DNA from: Octopus sinensis
Lineage: Eukaryota
Reading direction: 5' to 3'
Length of the DNA stretch: 64,000 nt
Assembly: GCF_006345805.1 (NCBI RefSeq)
Contig: NC_043002.1
Coordinates: 73,904,001 to 73,968,000, forward strand
Shown piece by piece: positions 26,689 to 38,383 of the stretch. A program made the translations under genes and the position numbers. Position 1 is the first letter of the stretch, and each line of letters opens with the position of its first letter. Below the pieces are notes generated by a model, which was not told the DNA's origin, did not search any database, and worked only from the letters and a program-made list of their open reading frames with translations.

Positions 26689-27963
26689 CGAGGGGCGTTC
26701 AATAAGTAATGCCCCTGACCCACTTCCCATAGCAGTAGAGCAACGACACTTGGCACAGTTATTAGTCTTTTCCTACATAGGAACTACCCAGAGTTATGCA
26801 TTTCTCCCATCGTTTGATACAGCTCTGGAGACCGTTTTTGTAGAAGACCCCAGCTTGGTCCTCCAACCACGACGTGACTTCAGAAATCAAGGCTGCATCA
26901 TCTGGGAAACGCTTTCCTTTCAAAATCAACTTCATGGCTGGGAAGAGGTGAAAATCAGAGGGTGCAAGGGGAGGAGTTAATAGCTGCATGCCTGTGCTTC
27001 TGATCTGGCGACACGCGAGTTGTGGACCGGAGCGTTGTCCTGCAGGAGGAGGATGCCTTTGCTGATCTTGCCCCGCCTCTTGATTTTGATAGCTTCTCTT
27101 AATTTCCTCAAAAGTGAAGCATAATAGGCTCCTGTAATTGTGGTACCCTTTGCCAGGAAATCTGTCATCACTACTCCGTCCTGGTCCCAGAAGACTGTGA
27201 GCATAACCTTGTCAGCGGAGGACTGCACCCTTGCCTTCTTTGGAGGAGGTGAGTCACGGTGCTTTCACTGCATTGACTGGGCTTTGGTCTATGGATCATA
27301 GTGATGGACCCAGGTTTTATCCTGTGTGATCAGTCTTTTGAAAAATTTTGACTCATCTTCTTGGCACATCTCCAAATTCATCCTCGAGCACTCAACGCGT
27401 TCTTGCTTCTGGAAAGGTGTGAGCAACCTGGAAATCCATCTGGCAGACACCTTTTGCATATGCAAATGGTCATGAATGATAGTTTCCACAGACCCGGTAC
27501 TAATCTTGACCTTATGGGCTATTTGGCGAATAGTTATGCATTGACCTTCCAAAATGGCAGCCTCAACTTGACGGACAGACGTCTCATCAACGGCAGAAGG
27601 GGGCGACCAGATCTGGGAGCTGTTTCCACAGAGTTCCAACTATGTTTGAATTCACAATGCCAGCGTTTTACAAGGTCATATGATGGGGCATCATCACCAT
27701 AAGTTACTTTCATTTCATTTCATCAAAAGTCTCCCGTGGTGTACGTTCTTTCAAATACAAAAACCAGATCACTGCTCGACACTCAACAGGCTCCATTTCA
27801 CACTTGACTCAGTTCAAACACCTGTAAATCAGAAACCACAATTAGTTCAGAGCTGTAATTCGCCACTTAATCTATAGAGGTATAAATAAGTGCACATGCA
27901 AAATTTCAGCTAGATCAAACAACTGCAAGTGGGTCAGGGGCATTACTTATTGAACGCCCCTCG
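26689..27963 (-). mobile_element. Complete mariner (Tc1/mariner) element, 1275 bp
   Basis: Perfect 37-bp TIRs CGAGGGGCGTTCAATAAGTAATGCCCCTGACCCACTT; TA TSD at 26687-26688 and 27964-27965. Confidence 0.97.
26762..27796 (-). pseudogene. Disrupted mariner transposase
   Basis: MEPVECRAVI start; motifs KVSARWI, ITQDKTWVHHYDP, LLQDNAPVH, LAPSDFHLF split over several ORFs by stops and frameshifts. Confidence 0.92.
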
Positions 27964-28209
27964 TATAAAGTGTTAAGTACTTCCTAACAGATGTAAACTG
28001 CTGGAAACAACAAGCAACATAAAAATAATCATTAAATTAACTCTTGACATCATGTTGAAAAAATCAAAAGCTCAGTCTTGTAATGAGTTAAAAATAACTA
28101 AAAATGGGTTTGCTTATTCAAATGCTTATAGTGTATTTACTTGTGGTCAGATTGCTGTGAAAACTGGCAGTATTGCAGAAAAAAAGTTTGCCTCTCTTTT
28201 TTTTTTTTT

Positions 28210-28433
28210 TTAAATCCTTTCATTACCAACATCGCTGAAACTAGCTCTGGCTCTGAGTACGAATGTCTTGTTTTCATAAGTTTTGAATTAAAATCTTCCC
28301 TCAAATCTTAGTCACAATTTATGTTCTTAACATTAGCTGAATGGAACTAAGTTATTTTACTAAATTCTTTGTCATATTTAAAGTAATTGAAACACAGAGC
28401 ATCTCAAAATAAATACAGTAACAAAAGGGTTAA
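28210..28433. mobile_element. piggyBac-like TTAA MITE
   Basis: TTAAATCCTTTCATTAC ... GTAACAAAAGGGTTAA termini; internal similarity to 63720-63939. Confidence 0.65.
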
Positions 28434-29269
28434 GGTAAATAGTCATTTGTGCTAAAAATAATGCTGTGCATGTGCAGTTGTTAATTTATTAGATAACTAA
28501 AATCATACACACTCTAAAAATGTAATGAAAAGAAAGGTGTAAGTAACAAATTAAATGCAGTTAAACAGACATGGACACAAACACTGCATAAAAAAAAGTT
28601 TTCTTCTGACCTTTTTTTTAAACTGTGAAATTTACTCCCTTCAACAACATACCCAGGTATGTACAAAAGTTGTGATAAAAAAAAAATTTTTAATAAAAAA
28701 AAGAAAATCAGCAACATGTGGGTCAATTTTAATAATGAATGTTAAAGAATGTAAATAAATGATAGATGAAAGAATCAAAGCTTCCTCCATTATCTAACGG
28801 AGAGCTCACAACTGCCTTTAAACCAAACCATCTAAATTAAACTCTTGTTTAATTCAGGTGGTTTCAGGTAGTGTAGGACAGACAAATAATAATTACTACA
28901 AAGAACAAAAAAAGTCAACAAAAGCATTACTTTAGTGACAAATAATCCAGATGAAAGATAGCATGTTGACATGAAGCAGGATATCATTGGAAATAAGCAT
29001 ATTTATATTGATACTGAGGCACTTGTTTTTCTTTGCATGATTTAATTTGGAATAAGGATGTGACTGTGACCCTTGCAGACTTTCTCAGTTGCATGATATC
29101 AATGCAGTTGATGTACTGACAGTTGTAGGAAAAACATGAGCACAAATGGAAGACTTCCAAAGGGATGACATTCTGGGAAAGAAGGAGTGGAAACAATAGA
29201 TTGTGTGGGTCTGGAGGGTTTAAGTTGATGTGGTATAAGATCAGTCTGCAACCCATCAGGTTACAGAGC

Positions 29270-29640
29270 AAAGAACACTGTCAAAAGCCTTCTCCAGTTC
29301 AACAAATGTTAGGTACAGTGGCTTATTCCTAAGTACTTCTACAGTTGTTTCATTAGGATGATGGCATCAGAAGTAACTCTTCCTGCCACTAAGCTCAACT
29401 GCATCTTATCTAGGCTAATTCTCTCCCAAATATGTTGAGTTATGACTTTTCCTGTAACTCTTACAACATGGTCCAACTATTTGATTTCTGAGTAATTTGC
29501 TCTCTTGGGTGCATCTCCCTTGCAGTTGTAGCAGTTGATAACGATGCTGCTAGTCTTAATGGGTATGAAACCATCATATACTACCTGACTGACTATGCAA
29601 GTAACCAGCCCATAACCTACTCCAGACTATTTTAAATGTT
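29270..29640 (-). mobile_element. Degenerate RTE reverse transcriptase fragment
   Basis: Minus-strand ERISLDKMQ..GRVTSDAI.. and a following EKAFD motif match 31900-32150. Confidence 0.6.
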
Positions 29641-31067
29641 TCAGGGATTTTTTTCAGACATGCTAAATAACAATGCTGCTGCTGATAATGATACAAATAA
29701 GAAATTTGTAGCAACATTGCCATTTTATCATCACAATAAGTACAATTTTAGTGAAGGCATGTATACTACTACTATCTACAAGTCTTGAAACAATGAAATT
29801 ATTGCCATTTAGCTATCTAAACATTACAAATTATGTCAAAATAATAATCATTATTATAATCAATAGGTAAGCATTTAGATTTTTTTTTTAAATAGTTATC
29901 TTCCAAAGTCTGATTATTTACAGTAATTAACATTTCACATGAGAATAATTCCAATTAGAATTATACTTTTATCAAGATTACTTGTTTCATATCACTTGAC
30001 TGAATTTATAAAGCAACACCAACTTATCAAACAGTTTTAAATGCCTTGCCAAATAAAATCCTATTCTCATTGACATCAAATAAATTCAAGCCAAGAGAGC
30101 CTATGCTGGTGATTCAACCAGTTAGAACTAGCAACCAAACTGTCCTCAAATCACACACTATGACTGTAAAGAGAGAAATACATTGAATAACGTACTTTAG
30201 AATTCAATGTGCAAAAGAAAGAAGCATGGTCACAGATAGAATAGTTATAGTTAGATGTCTCAGAGCTGACCTGTGGTAAAACAACAACAACAAATCTTAT
30301 TTATCATTACAGATAAGAAAATGTTGAATTCAGATGTCAAAATAAAGATATATGCAACAGAAATAACCACCTGAAAGAGAAACCATTAACAGTGATGTCA
30401 ACATAATAAAAACAACTAACATAGAACTTTAACCTTGAATTGTGTCAATTAATATGGAATTATTCAAATTAGTAGCCAAATCTCCCCCAACTGTCATTAA
30501 ATGGGAACCTGAAACCATATGGTTGGGAAACACTTCTTACCACACAGCCATGCCTGTGCTGATATACCAAGAATAAAAGAAACAGGATTATCAGAGAGAG
30601 AATGTAGGCTGAACAATGAAAGGTTGATGGGGAAAAGAAACAGATTCACATACAGATTAATGCCAAGAGTCAGAAAACTTTGGAGACAATAATTCAGCAC
30701 AAAAAAGTAACAAACAAATAAAAGTTAAGAGTTGTCCCAATACACAACCTTCTCACATACAAAAAGACAACATAAAGTACCAACAATTCTAGAAGAAACT
30801 ACATAATGTGATGATATTTTCTACTTACCACTAGACTGCTTCTAGCTAACCGAGCCCAGTTTGAATGATATAAATGGTTGTTGTAGCTATAAAAACTTCT
30901 AACTCAGCTTTAAGATAGATTATATGGTCCAAAGTTCACAAACTGGGGGTGGATATGTGCGTGTGTGTGCGCGCGTGTATAAGCATGCGTATGTACATAT
31001 GTAAGTATACAATACATATACATACATACATAATATGTAGACACCTACATAGAAGTACATCGACACA

Positions 31068-31210
31068 ATCATCATCATTTAACATCTGTTTCCTACACTA
31101 GCTTGTTGTGGATATTTTGACAGGAGGTGATGAGCCAGAGGTGTACCAAATTCTAATGTCTGTTTTTGGCATGGTTTCTATGACTAGATGCCTTTCCTAA
31201 TGTCAACCTT
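31068..31210 (-). mobile_element. RTE 3' UTR tail copy
   Basis: ATCATCATCATTTAACATC..GGCATGGTTTCTA..GATGCCTTTCCTAATG. Confidence 0.6.
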
Positions 31211-31409
31211 ATGGACTAACAAATCTCAAAGAAAACCTGAATGTGAAATGCTCAGCATACCAAAAAGATATTATTGCATGAGTACGTTTCTTGAAGACTT
31301 GAAGATGACAGTAATATTGAAATGACATGCTGAGTTTCTTGGACTTTTGACCATTACATCACATCACACATCAAAGGCTATGCATTTGCAATCGATGGGT
31401 AAAATATTA

Positions 31410-33410
31410 CCCATCTTCCTTTGATGTTGCTGCACCTCTTATGTGTCCATAGCTTACACTGGGTACATCTTATGGAGTTTCAAACTACACCTTTTCTACA
31501 CATTGAGCAGGGGGTGTGTGATGTGTTTGCCTTCCTACTTACTAGAACTTTGGTCTTTGCTACATTTACTCTTAGGCCTTTATATTTTAAACATTGCTTC
31601 CACACCCAAAATTTATTTTCTAGTTCTGTTAGTGATTCTGCTAGGAGGGCCAAGTCATCAGCATAGAGGAGCTTCCAGGGGCAACTCGTTTTGAATTTCT
31701 CTTTTATTGCCTGGAGGACTAGGATGAATAAAAGGGGACTGAAGGCTGAACCTTGGTGGACCCTACTTCTACACGGAATTCTTCACTATACTCATTGCCA
31801 ATCCTAACCTTACTGACAGCCTCTCTGTATAGGGCCTGTACAGCCCTTATTAACCATTTGTCAATCCCCAGTTTCCACATTGCCCACCAGATAAGGTATT
31901 GGGGGACTTTGTCAAAGGCTTTCTCCAAGTCCATAAAAGCTAAGTATAGAGGTTTATCTTTAGCTAGGTATTTCTCCTGCTTTGTTGAACCAGGAATATG
32001 GCATCAGTGGTGCTTCTACCTGGCACAAAACCGAACTGCATCTCATCTAAACAGACTCTCTCCCTAATGAGATGGGCTATGACCTTCTCCGTGACCTTCA
32101 TCACCTGATCCAGCAGTTTGATACCCCTGTAGTTATTTCTATCTAGAGCATCACCTTTACCCTCATAGCAGTTGACTAGGCCGTAGCACACACCACCAGA
32201 TGTTTTAAGCATCTCAGCAGTGATTCCTGATGAGCTGGAGGCTTTTCCTGGCTTCATACCCTTAATTATTTTATCTACAAAGGAGCTGTCTATTTGGATA
32301 GCTGGTCCCTCTACTGGGTCAACATTTGGCAGGCTCTCCTCTTCCCAGTCATTCTCCACATTCAGCAGTCTTTCATAATGGCTTCTCTAAGCCTCTTTCT
32401 TTTCTGAATCATTAAAAGCAAGTGCCCCATCATCCATGCGGACACATTTCTCTGCTGTAAGATCACAACTTTCACTTGCACACTGTCTTGCAATCTGAAA
32501 TACCTCAGTTCTTTGGTCCTCACATCGCTGGATATTGGCAAACTTCTTTTCTACTTCGCCCTTGGCTATGTATATCTGCCGCCCAGCCTCCCTTTTGACT
32601 ACCTGGTACAGTTCCCTGCTACCTCCACCCTTCCAGGCTTTCCAGGCTTGTTTCTTTGCTATAATGGCTTTGTCTACCGTACTATTCCACACCACATAAA
32701 TCTAGGTCTGGAAGGGACTTTGCACCATCCACAGACTTGGTCTGTGGCACCCAGCAAGCTGTCCTGTAGGAATTTCCAGCTACCTTCTATGTCCGATGTC
32801 TGTAGTTCCTCCTCCCTCTCATCAAATTTCTTGATGAGGATGTCCCTAAATCTCTGACCATGTAAAGGGTTCTTTAGCTTCCAAATCCTTCTTTTTTGGA
32901 TTGTTCTGCTTCTTGGTATCCTTCTGGCCTCGAGCCTAAAGTCACTAATGACTAGCCTATGCTGGGGGGTACATTCTTCACCTGAGAGGGTCTTTGTATT
33001 TAAGAGCAACCCTGTGTCCTGCTGTCTGGTGAGGATGAAATCATACTGGCTAGCAGAGTCACCTGATTGATAGGTTATCAGATGGTTGTCTGGTTTCCTG
33101 AAATTAGTGTTGCAGATTAAAAGGTTACATGCATCACAGAACTCCAGTAGCCTAGTTCCCTCATTGCTTCGGGAAAAAATACCATGGCCCCCGTGTACAC
33201 CAGTGAAGATACCAGATTGCTGCCCAACATGTCCATTAAAATCTCCAGCTGCAAAGATGAGGTCATTGCCACTCGTCTTTGAGGTAGCCTGTAGAAGGGT
33301 ATGATAAAAATGATCCTTCTGATCATTTGGTAGGCCTGCTTGTGGGGTGTAGGCAGAGATAATTGTAGCAGTGCTGTTCTGCAGGACTAGCCTAAGCTTA
33401 AGCACTCTGT
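31410..33410 (-). mobile_element. Degenerate RTE-clade LINE: APE endonuclease, reverse transcriptase and PHD-like finger
   Basis: APE motifs ISAYTPQ, AGDFNGHVG, ICNTNF, YDFIL, QHRLV; RT motifs NYRGIKLL, QFGFVPGRSTTDAIF, DLEKAFD, LLYADDL; split by stops and frameshifts. Confidence 0.92.
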
Positions 33411-33599
33411 GAATAAATGCCTAAGTGACAATTTGGCAAAGCTAGGGTTTTCAGAAAAGGAAATCAACCAACTTAACATGTATAGGTCCTTTATAAATAC
33501 AATTTGTAAGTAGAGCAGTAAAAATATGCAAGACTTTTCTCAAGTTCAAAATGTAATGATTTTGTTATCTATATTCGAATAATGGAGCTTTAACAAATC

Positions 33600-34050
33600 A
33601 GCCAAAAACATTTTGTCTTTTGTTGTTCACAACTTCTTGCCAATGTTCCACTAGATTGTCAGTGCATTGACAGTAGAAATCACTGGGTCTTGACTAGAAA
33701 AGTTCATCAAGCTACATTTTCAGCTCCACATTGTTGTTGAAGAGAAACCAGAAAAGGTAATAATTTGAAGGTGCCATATTAGAATAATACGGAAGGTGTG
33801 GTGGGACTTCCAAACCAAACTCTTGAATAACATTTTTGGTCAAATTTGCAATGTGGAGGCAAGCATTGTCAAATTGAAGAGGCATACTAGGTAGCTGGTA
33901 GGGTTGTTTAAGCTGGATTGTCTCATTGAGCCAGTGCATTTGCTGAATGTAAAGCTCTGCACTGACTGTGTGGCTGTTGGTAAGCATTTCATAGTGGATT
34001 GGTGCATTAGTTTGTAAACAAACATCACACAATCTATCCTTCACTCAGAA
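33600..34050 (-). mobile_element. Mariner transposase C-terminal fragment
   Basis: FDNACLH and HLPYYSNMAPSNYYLF (decayed HDNA.PH and HPPYSPDLAPSD.HLF). Confidence 0.75.
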
Positions 34051-34269
34051 AGTGAAAGACTGTGACCAACAAAAACAACTCCCTGAATATTTCAAATTTT
34101 TTATATACATATAAAATACTTTCTTAGCTCTTTCCTCATTTTCGGTGTCCATGTTCCACAAAGTCACTATATTCCAAGAAATTCAATTGTAAGACAAAGT
34201 TGACATCTATAGCAAACCAAAGTAATTTCATAAGCAGTATTTCCCTACACACTATATTTTAAAATTAGT

Positions 34270-36330
34270 TTTGTAACAGGGAGAAGCACTACTAATGCTA
34301 TCTTCTTAGTAAGGCAACTGTAGGAAAAGCACTTAGCAAAAGGAAAAAAAACTTCTGTACTTGGCTTTTGTCGACATGGAGAAAGCCTTTGACAGGGTCT
34401 GTTATTCTCTTATCTGGTGGTCAATAGAGAAGCTAAGGATAGACGAGTTGCTGGTGACAGCTGTACAAGCCATATACAGGGATGCTGTCAGTAAGGTGAA
34501 CATCGACAACAAATATAGTAACAAATTTAGTGTACAAGTAGAAGTTCACTAAGAATTGGTTCTCAGCCCTCTTGCTTATCATTGTCCTCCAGGGCATAAC
34601 AGAGAAATTTATGAGTAGTTGCCCCTGAGACCTCCTCTGTGCTGATGACCTTGTTCTTATAGCTGAATCTCTACTAGAATTAGAAGAAATTTCAGGTATG
34701 GAAGCAAGGTCTGAAATCAAAGGGCCTTAGAGCTAATTTAGCAAACACTAAAGTCCTGGTAGGTAGGAAAGCAGACAAATTACTAATCCTGTCAGGGAGA
34801 TGGCCCCGCTGGATATGTAGAAAAGGTGTAGGGAGAAATTCCATTTGATGCATTCAGTGTAAACTATGGACACATAAGAGGGGCAGCAGTATCACAGGAA
34901 GGTTAACAGAAAACAGTCTTTGTATGTATCAGGTGTGCAGGTTCAATTAACTTTAAGAATGTACAAGAAATAAACTTCCTTAAATGTCTGGAGGGATCAT
35001 GAGAAATAGTAAGATAGCTTCGGTTACACTAGATGACCAATTTAGCAGAGGAGGAGGATGCTCTAAAAGCAGAGTTGCAAGAATAAGAACAGGCTGAGCA
35101 AAGTTCAGAAATCTACTACCTTTGTTGGTAACAAAGGGATTCTCCTTCAGAGCGAAAGGCAGATTGTAAAATACCCGTGTACAGACAGCTATGCTACATA
35201 GCAGTGAAACATGGGCTGTGACTGCAGAGGACATGCAAAGGCTTGAAAGAAATGAAGCTAGCATGCTCTGCTGGATGTGCAATGTCTGTGTACATGTAGG
35301 ACAGAATGTAAGTGATTCAATAGAAAAATTGGGTTATAAGAAGTATCAGATGAAGTGTGCAAGAGGGAAGACTGCACAGGTATGGTCATGTGATGTGTAT
35401 GGATGAAGACAGCTGCATAAAGAAGAGCCAATCTCTTATTGTAAAGGGAACTTGTGGAAGATGTATACCTAAGAAGACATGAGACAAGGTATTGAGAAAT
35501 GATCTTCAGATGTTGATCATCACAGAAGAGATAACAAAGGACCGAGACTACTGGTGATTTGTTGTGCTTGAGAAGATATGTCAAGCTAAGTAAAATCACG
35601 GTTTTCATACACACATGCTTGTCCTTTAGGCGATGTCCCCCTCTCACTCACACACAATCTGTCCTCAATCAAAAATCCCCTACAACCATCTTCCCAACAC
35701 CCTCTCCTCCATCCCACCACCTGCAGCAAGCCCCTCCACTCTCCCTCATGCCTTTCCACACACTCTCCATTTCCTCACATATCCCTTCTTCTGGCCACTC
35801 CGATTTTTCTCAACATCACTTGCTACAGTTACCTCTTAATCTCTAAACATCTCCCAACACAGTCTTATGGAACATACCTCTATATCCCCTCTGTACCACT
35901 TATACTTCCCTCCTCCACTGTTTTCTGTAGGTTGGTCCCAATGCATCTCCAACACCATCTATTTCTCTCTTTCTCTCTCCTTCTTTTCTTTTCTTTTCTT
36001 ACTGGAGTAGCCAAGTATCTTCTCTATAGAAAGACACCTATCTCTATCCCTCCATAATACTCTAATCTTTCACCTAGCATGAAGCCATTTCCCTCAGTTT
36101 TACTTCTCCCAGCTGAATGGCCTTTGTCTTGCAAATTACTTGGCGATCCCACCCCTACCCAGTGTTGGTGCCATATAAAAAGCACCCAGAACACTCTGTA
36201 AAAAGCTAACATTAGGAAGGGCATTAAGTCATAGTAACCATACTAAAGGATACAATGGAGTGTGGTGCAGCTCTCCAGCTTGCCAGCTCCTGTCAAACTG
36301 TCCAACCCATGCCAGCATGGAAGATGATGA
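34270..36330 (+). mobile_element. 5'-truncated RTE LINE: RT, C-terminus, pyrimidine-rich 3' UTR and tail
   Basis: FVDMEKAFDRV, LLCADDL, Cys/His finger, SETWAVTAEDMQRLERNEASML; ends with AACCCATGCCAGCATGGAAGATGATG. Confidence 0.85.
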
Positions 36331-37975
36331 AGAGTATCTAAAAGGCAATTAACCTGGGGGAGGGGCATAACCGGTGGAGGTAGGGCACTACCCTTCACCT
36401 CTGTAGAGCCTCCAAGACAGGGTGGCAAAAGATATTAATGGATTGCTGAAATGGAATAGTGCATCAAGACATTGAGTTACCTACAAAGCAGAGAATAGGT
36501 TAAATGGTCTGCTACTTGTAACAGAGTAGATTCTAGTAAAGGTACAAAAGGGCTGGTTAAGTGATGGTGACAGTATCAAAAATAGGTGGTTTAAGTTTAC
36601 CATCCAAGTGATTTATTACCTCAGCATAGCAGTTATAGCTACAACAGCCACATTAAATAAAACAGTTTATTTATAAACAAAACCAAAGTTGTCACATTAC
36701 TGAATTATTCCACCCTTGATAGTAGGAACAAAATAAGACAATCTAAAACAGGCTTTTTTTTTTTTTTTAATAAATTAATCTTTTGGATATGGATGAAATG
36801 TCTTTTATTATATTATTATAGAGTTTTTCAATGTTTAATGAATCCTCAAACAAGACATTGTTTCATTAATAGCTATTTACCCCATCCCCACAAGAAATTT
36901 CTCTTTAATTTTTTCATTCACTTTCTTTTTGTCTGTCTGACACATGCATGTGCGTGCACGCGCGCGCACACACACAGGTTAATTCCAAAGATATAGATTT
37001 AGAAAAACAATTTTGGAACAGGTACTTTGATAACTAGCTATACTACCTGAGTAAAGGAAATTTCTTTCAAAAACAGATGCCTTCTTCATTTGACTATTTA
37101 ATATCTCACCTATAATCATGAACAACCCACAACTAAAGCCTTCAAAGTTACTATAAATGCTAGGTTTCTTTATCTCAGATATCTCTCATGGAAATCTTAC
37201 ATACATAACATTAAAATCAATCAGAATCATAGAGACCAGAATTTCTCTTTAAAAACCAATGAATATACCAACAGTGATCAGTTGCCAATCCTCTACAAAG
37301 CTGAAATAAGTCTTATGATGGAGAAGTGCTCACATATATGTCTCAGCATTACTGCTATATATATACAAACATTCCAAACTATATCCAAAAAAAGCCATCC
37401 AAATTGATTGGAAATGAGTCACCAACACATTGCAACCACTAGCTAACAGACTCACATCTTCCATCTATTACATCTATCACTTCTACAACCTTTACTCTGG
37501 TGAACTATCTTACTTACACCCCCTTTACCCAGGTATCTCCACCTCCACCTCCTTACTGTGTTTCACCTCCAAGAACTGTGACAAGTTATTTCACTTGGTC
37601 CTTATTCTCAAAAATTTTTTAGAATTCTCCCTTTGTTCACAATTTTCCTGAAAATGCTGAACTATAGATGTTCAGAGTAAACATCAGCAGTGTGAATATT
37701 AAAAAGTTGATTACAACCTTTACAACTACCATACAACACACAAAAAGTCTATTGACTTCTCTGGAAATTTACTGAAATAATTATAGGAATTGAAAACACA
37801 CATTCTAATGATAATGTCTAGCAGGAAATTTTAACAATCTTTGAAATTAAGCTTATTATGACAATAAAACAAAAACTAAATGTAAAAATTGTGTAAACTT
37901 CTGCTCAAAGTAAAGCCAAATACAGCATGTTACACATTTACTTGTCTGGCTATTGTTAATGCTATTTAGAAACTA

Positions 37976-38383
37976 CTAGCAGCATAGCCCGGCGTTGCCC
38001 GGGTATGTAAGAGCCCCTAGTAGGCAACGACTAATCCAAGTCTAGTTCTTTCCCTCTAGGGAACGAAGGTGCATGTGTAGGATGCAATGTCTTCTCTTCA
38101 CTCGAATACTTCTATGTATACGATGTTCCTAGCTGTCTCCCGACAGAAAATGTGTTGCATATAAAAAGCTTAGATTCTCGACCCCATGTCGAATTTATCG
38201 ATTTTTTTCAGAACTGGGGGAACTTTTCAAAATTTTCGCTGCGTTAGTTTTGAATTATGACATTGGGCTATGTGTGTGTCAAGTTTCATCAGAATCGGTT
38301 GAAAGCCGTGATCAGGGTGAGGGTACAACCTGACAGCCACACAGACACACAGACAGACAAACTGCCGTTTATATATATAGAGA
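37976..38383 (-). mobile_element. Non-autonomous Helitron, 408 bp
   Basis: On the minus strand: 5' TCTCTATATATAT, subterminal GC hairpin CCCGG-GCAACG-CCGGG (37988-38003), 3' CTAG; inserted between A and T without TSD; internal (GACA)n; CpG-rich. Confidence 0.85.

Noticed and set aside
27361-27702. 113-aa plus-strand ORF (also 26663-26980 and 32513-32857)
   Set aside because: Antisense shadows of mariner and RTE coding sequence
31288-31330. TTGAAGATGAC..TTGAAA hammerhead-like fragment
   Set aside because: The core box is mutated and stems II and III cannot be formed convincingly
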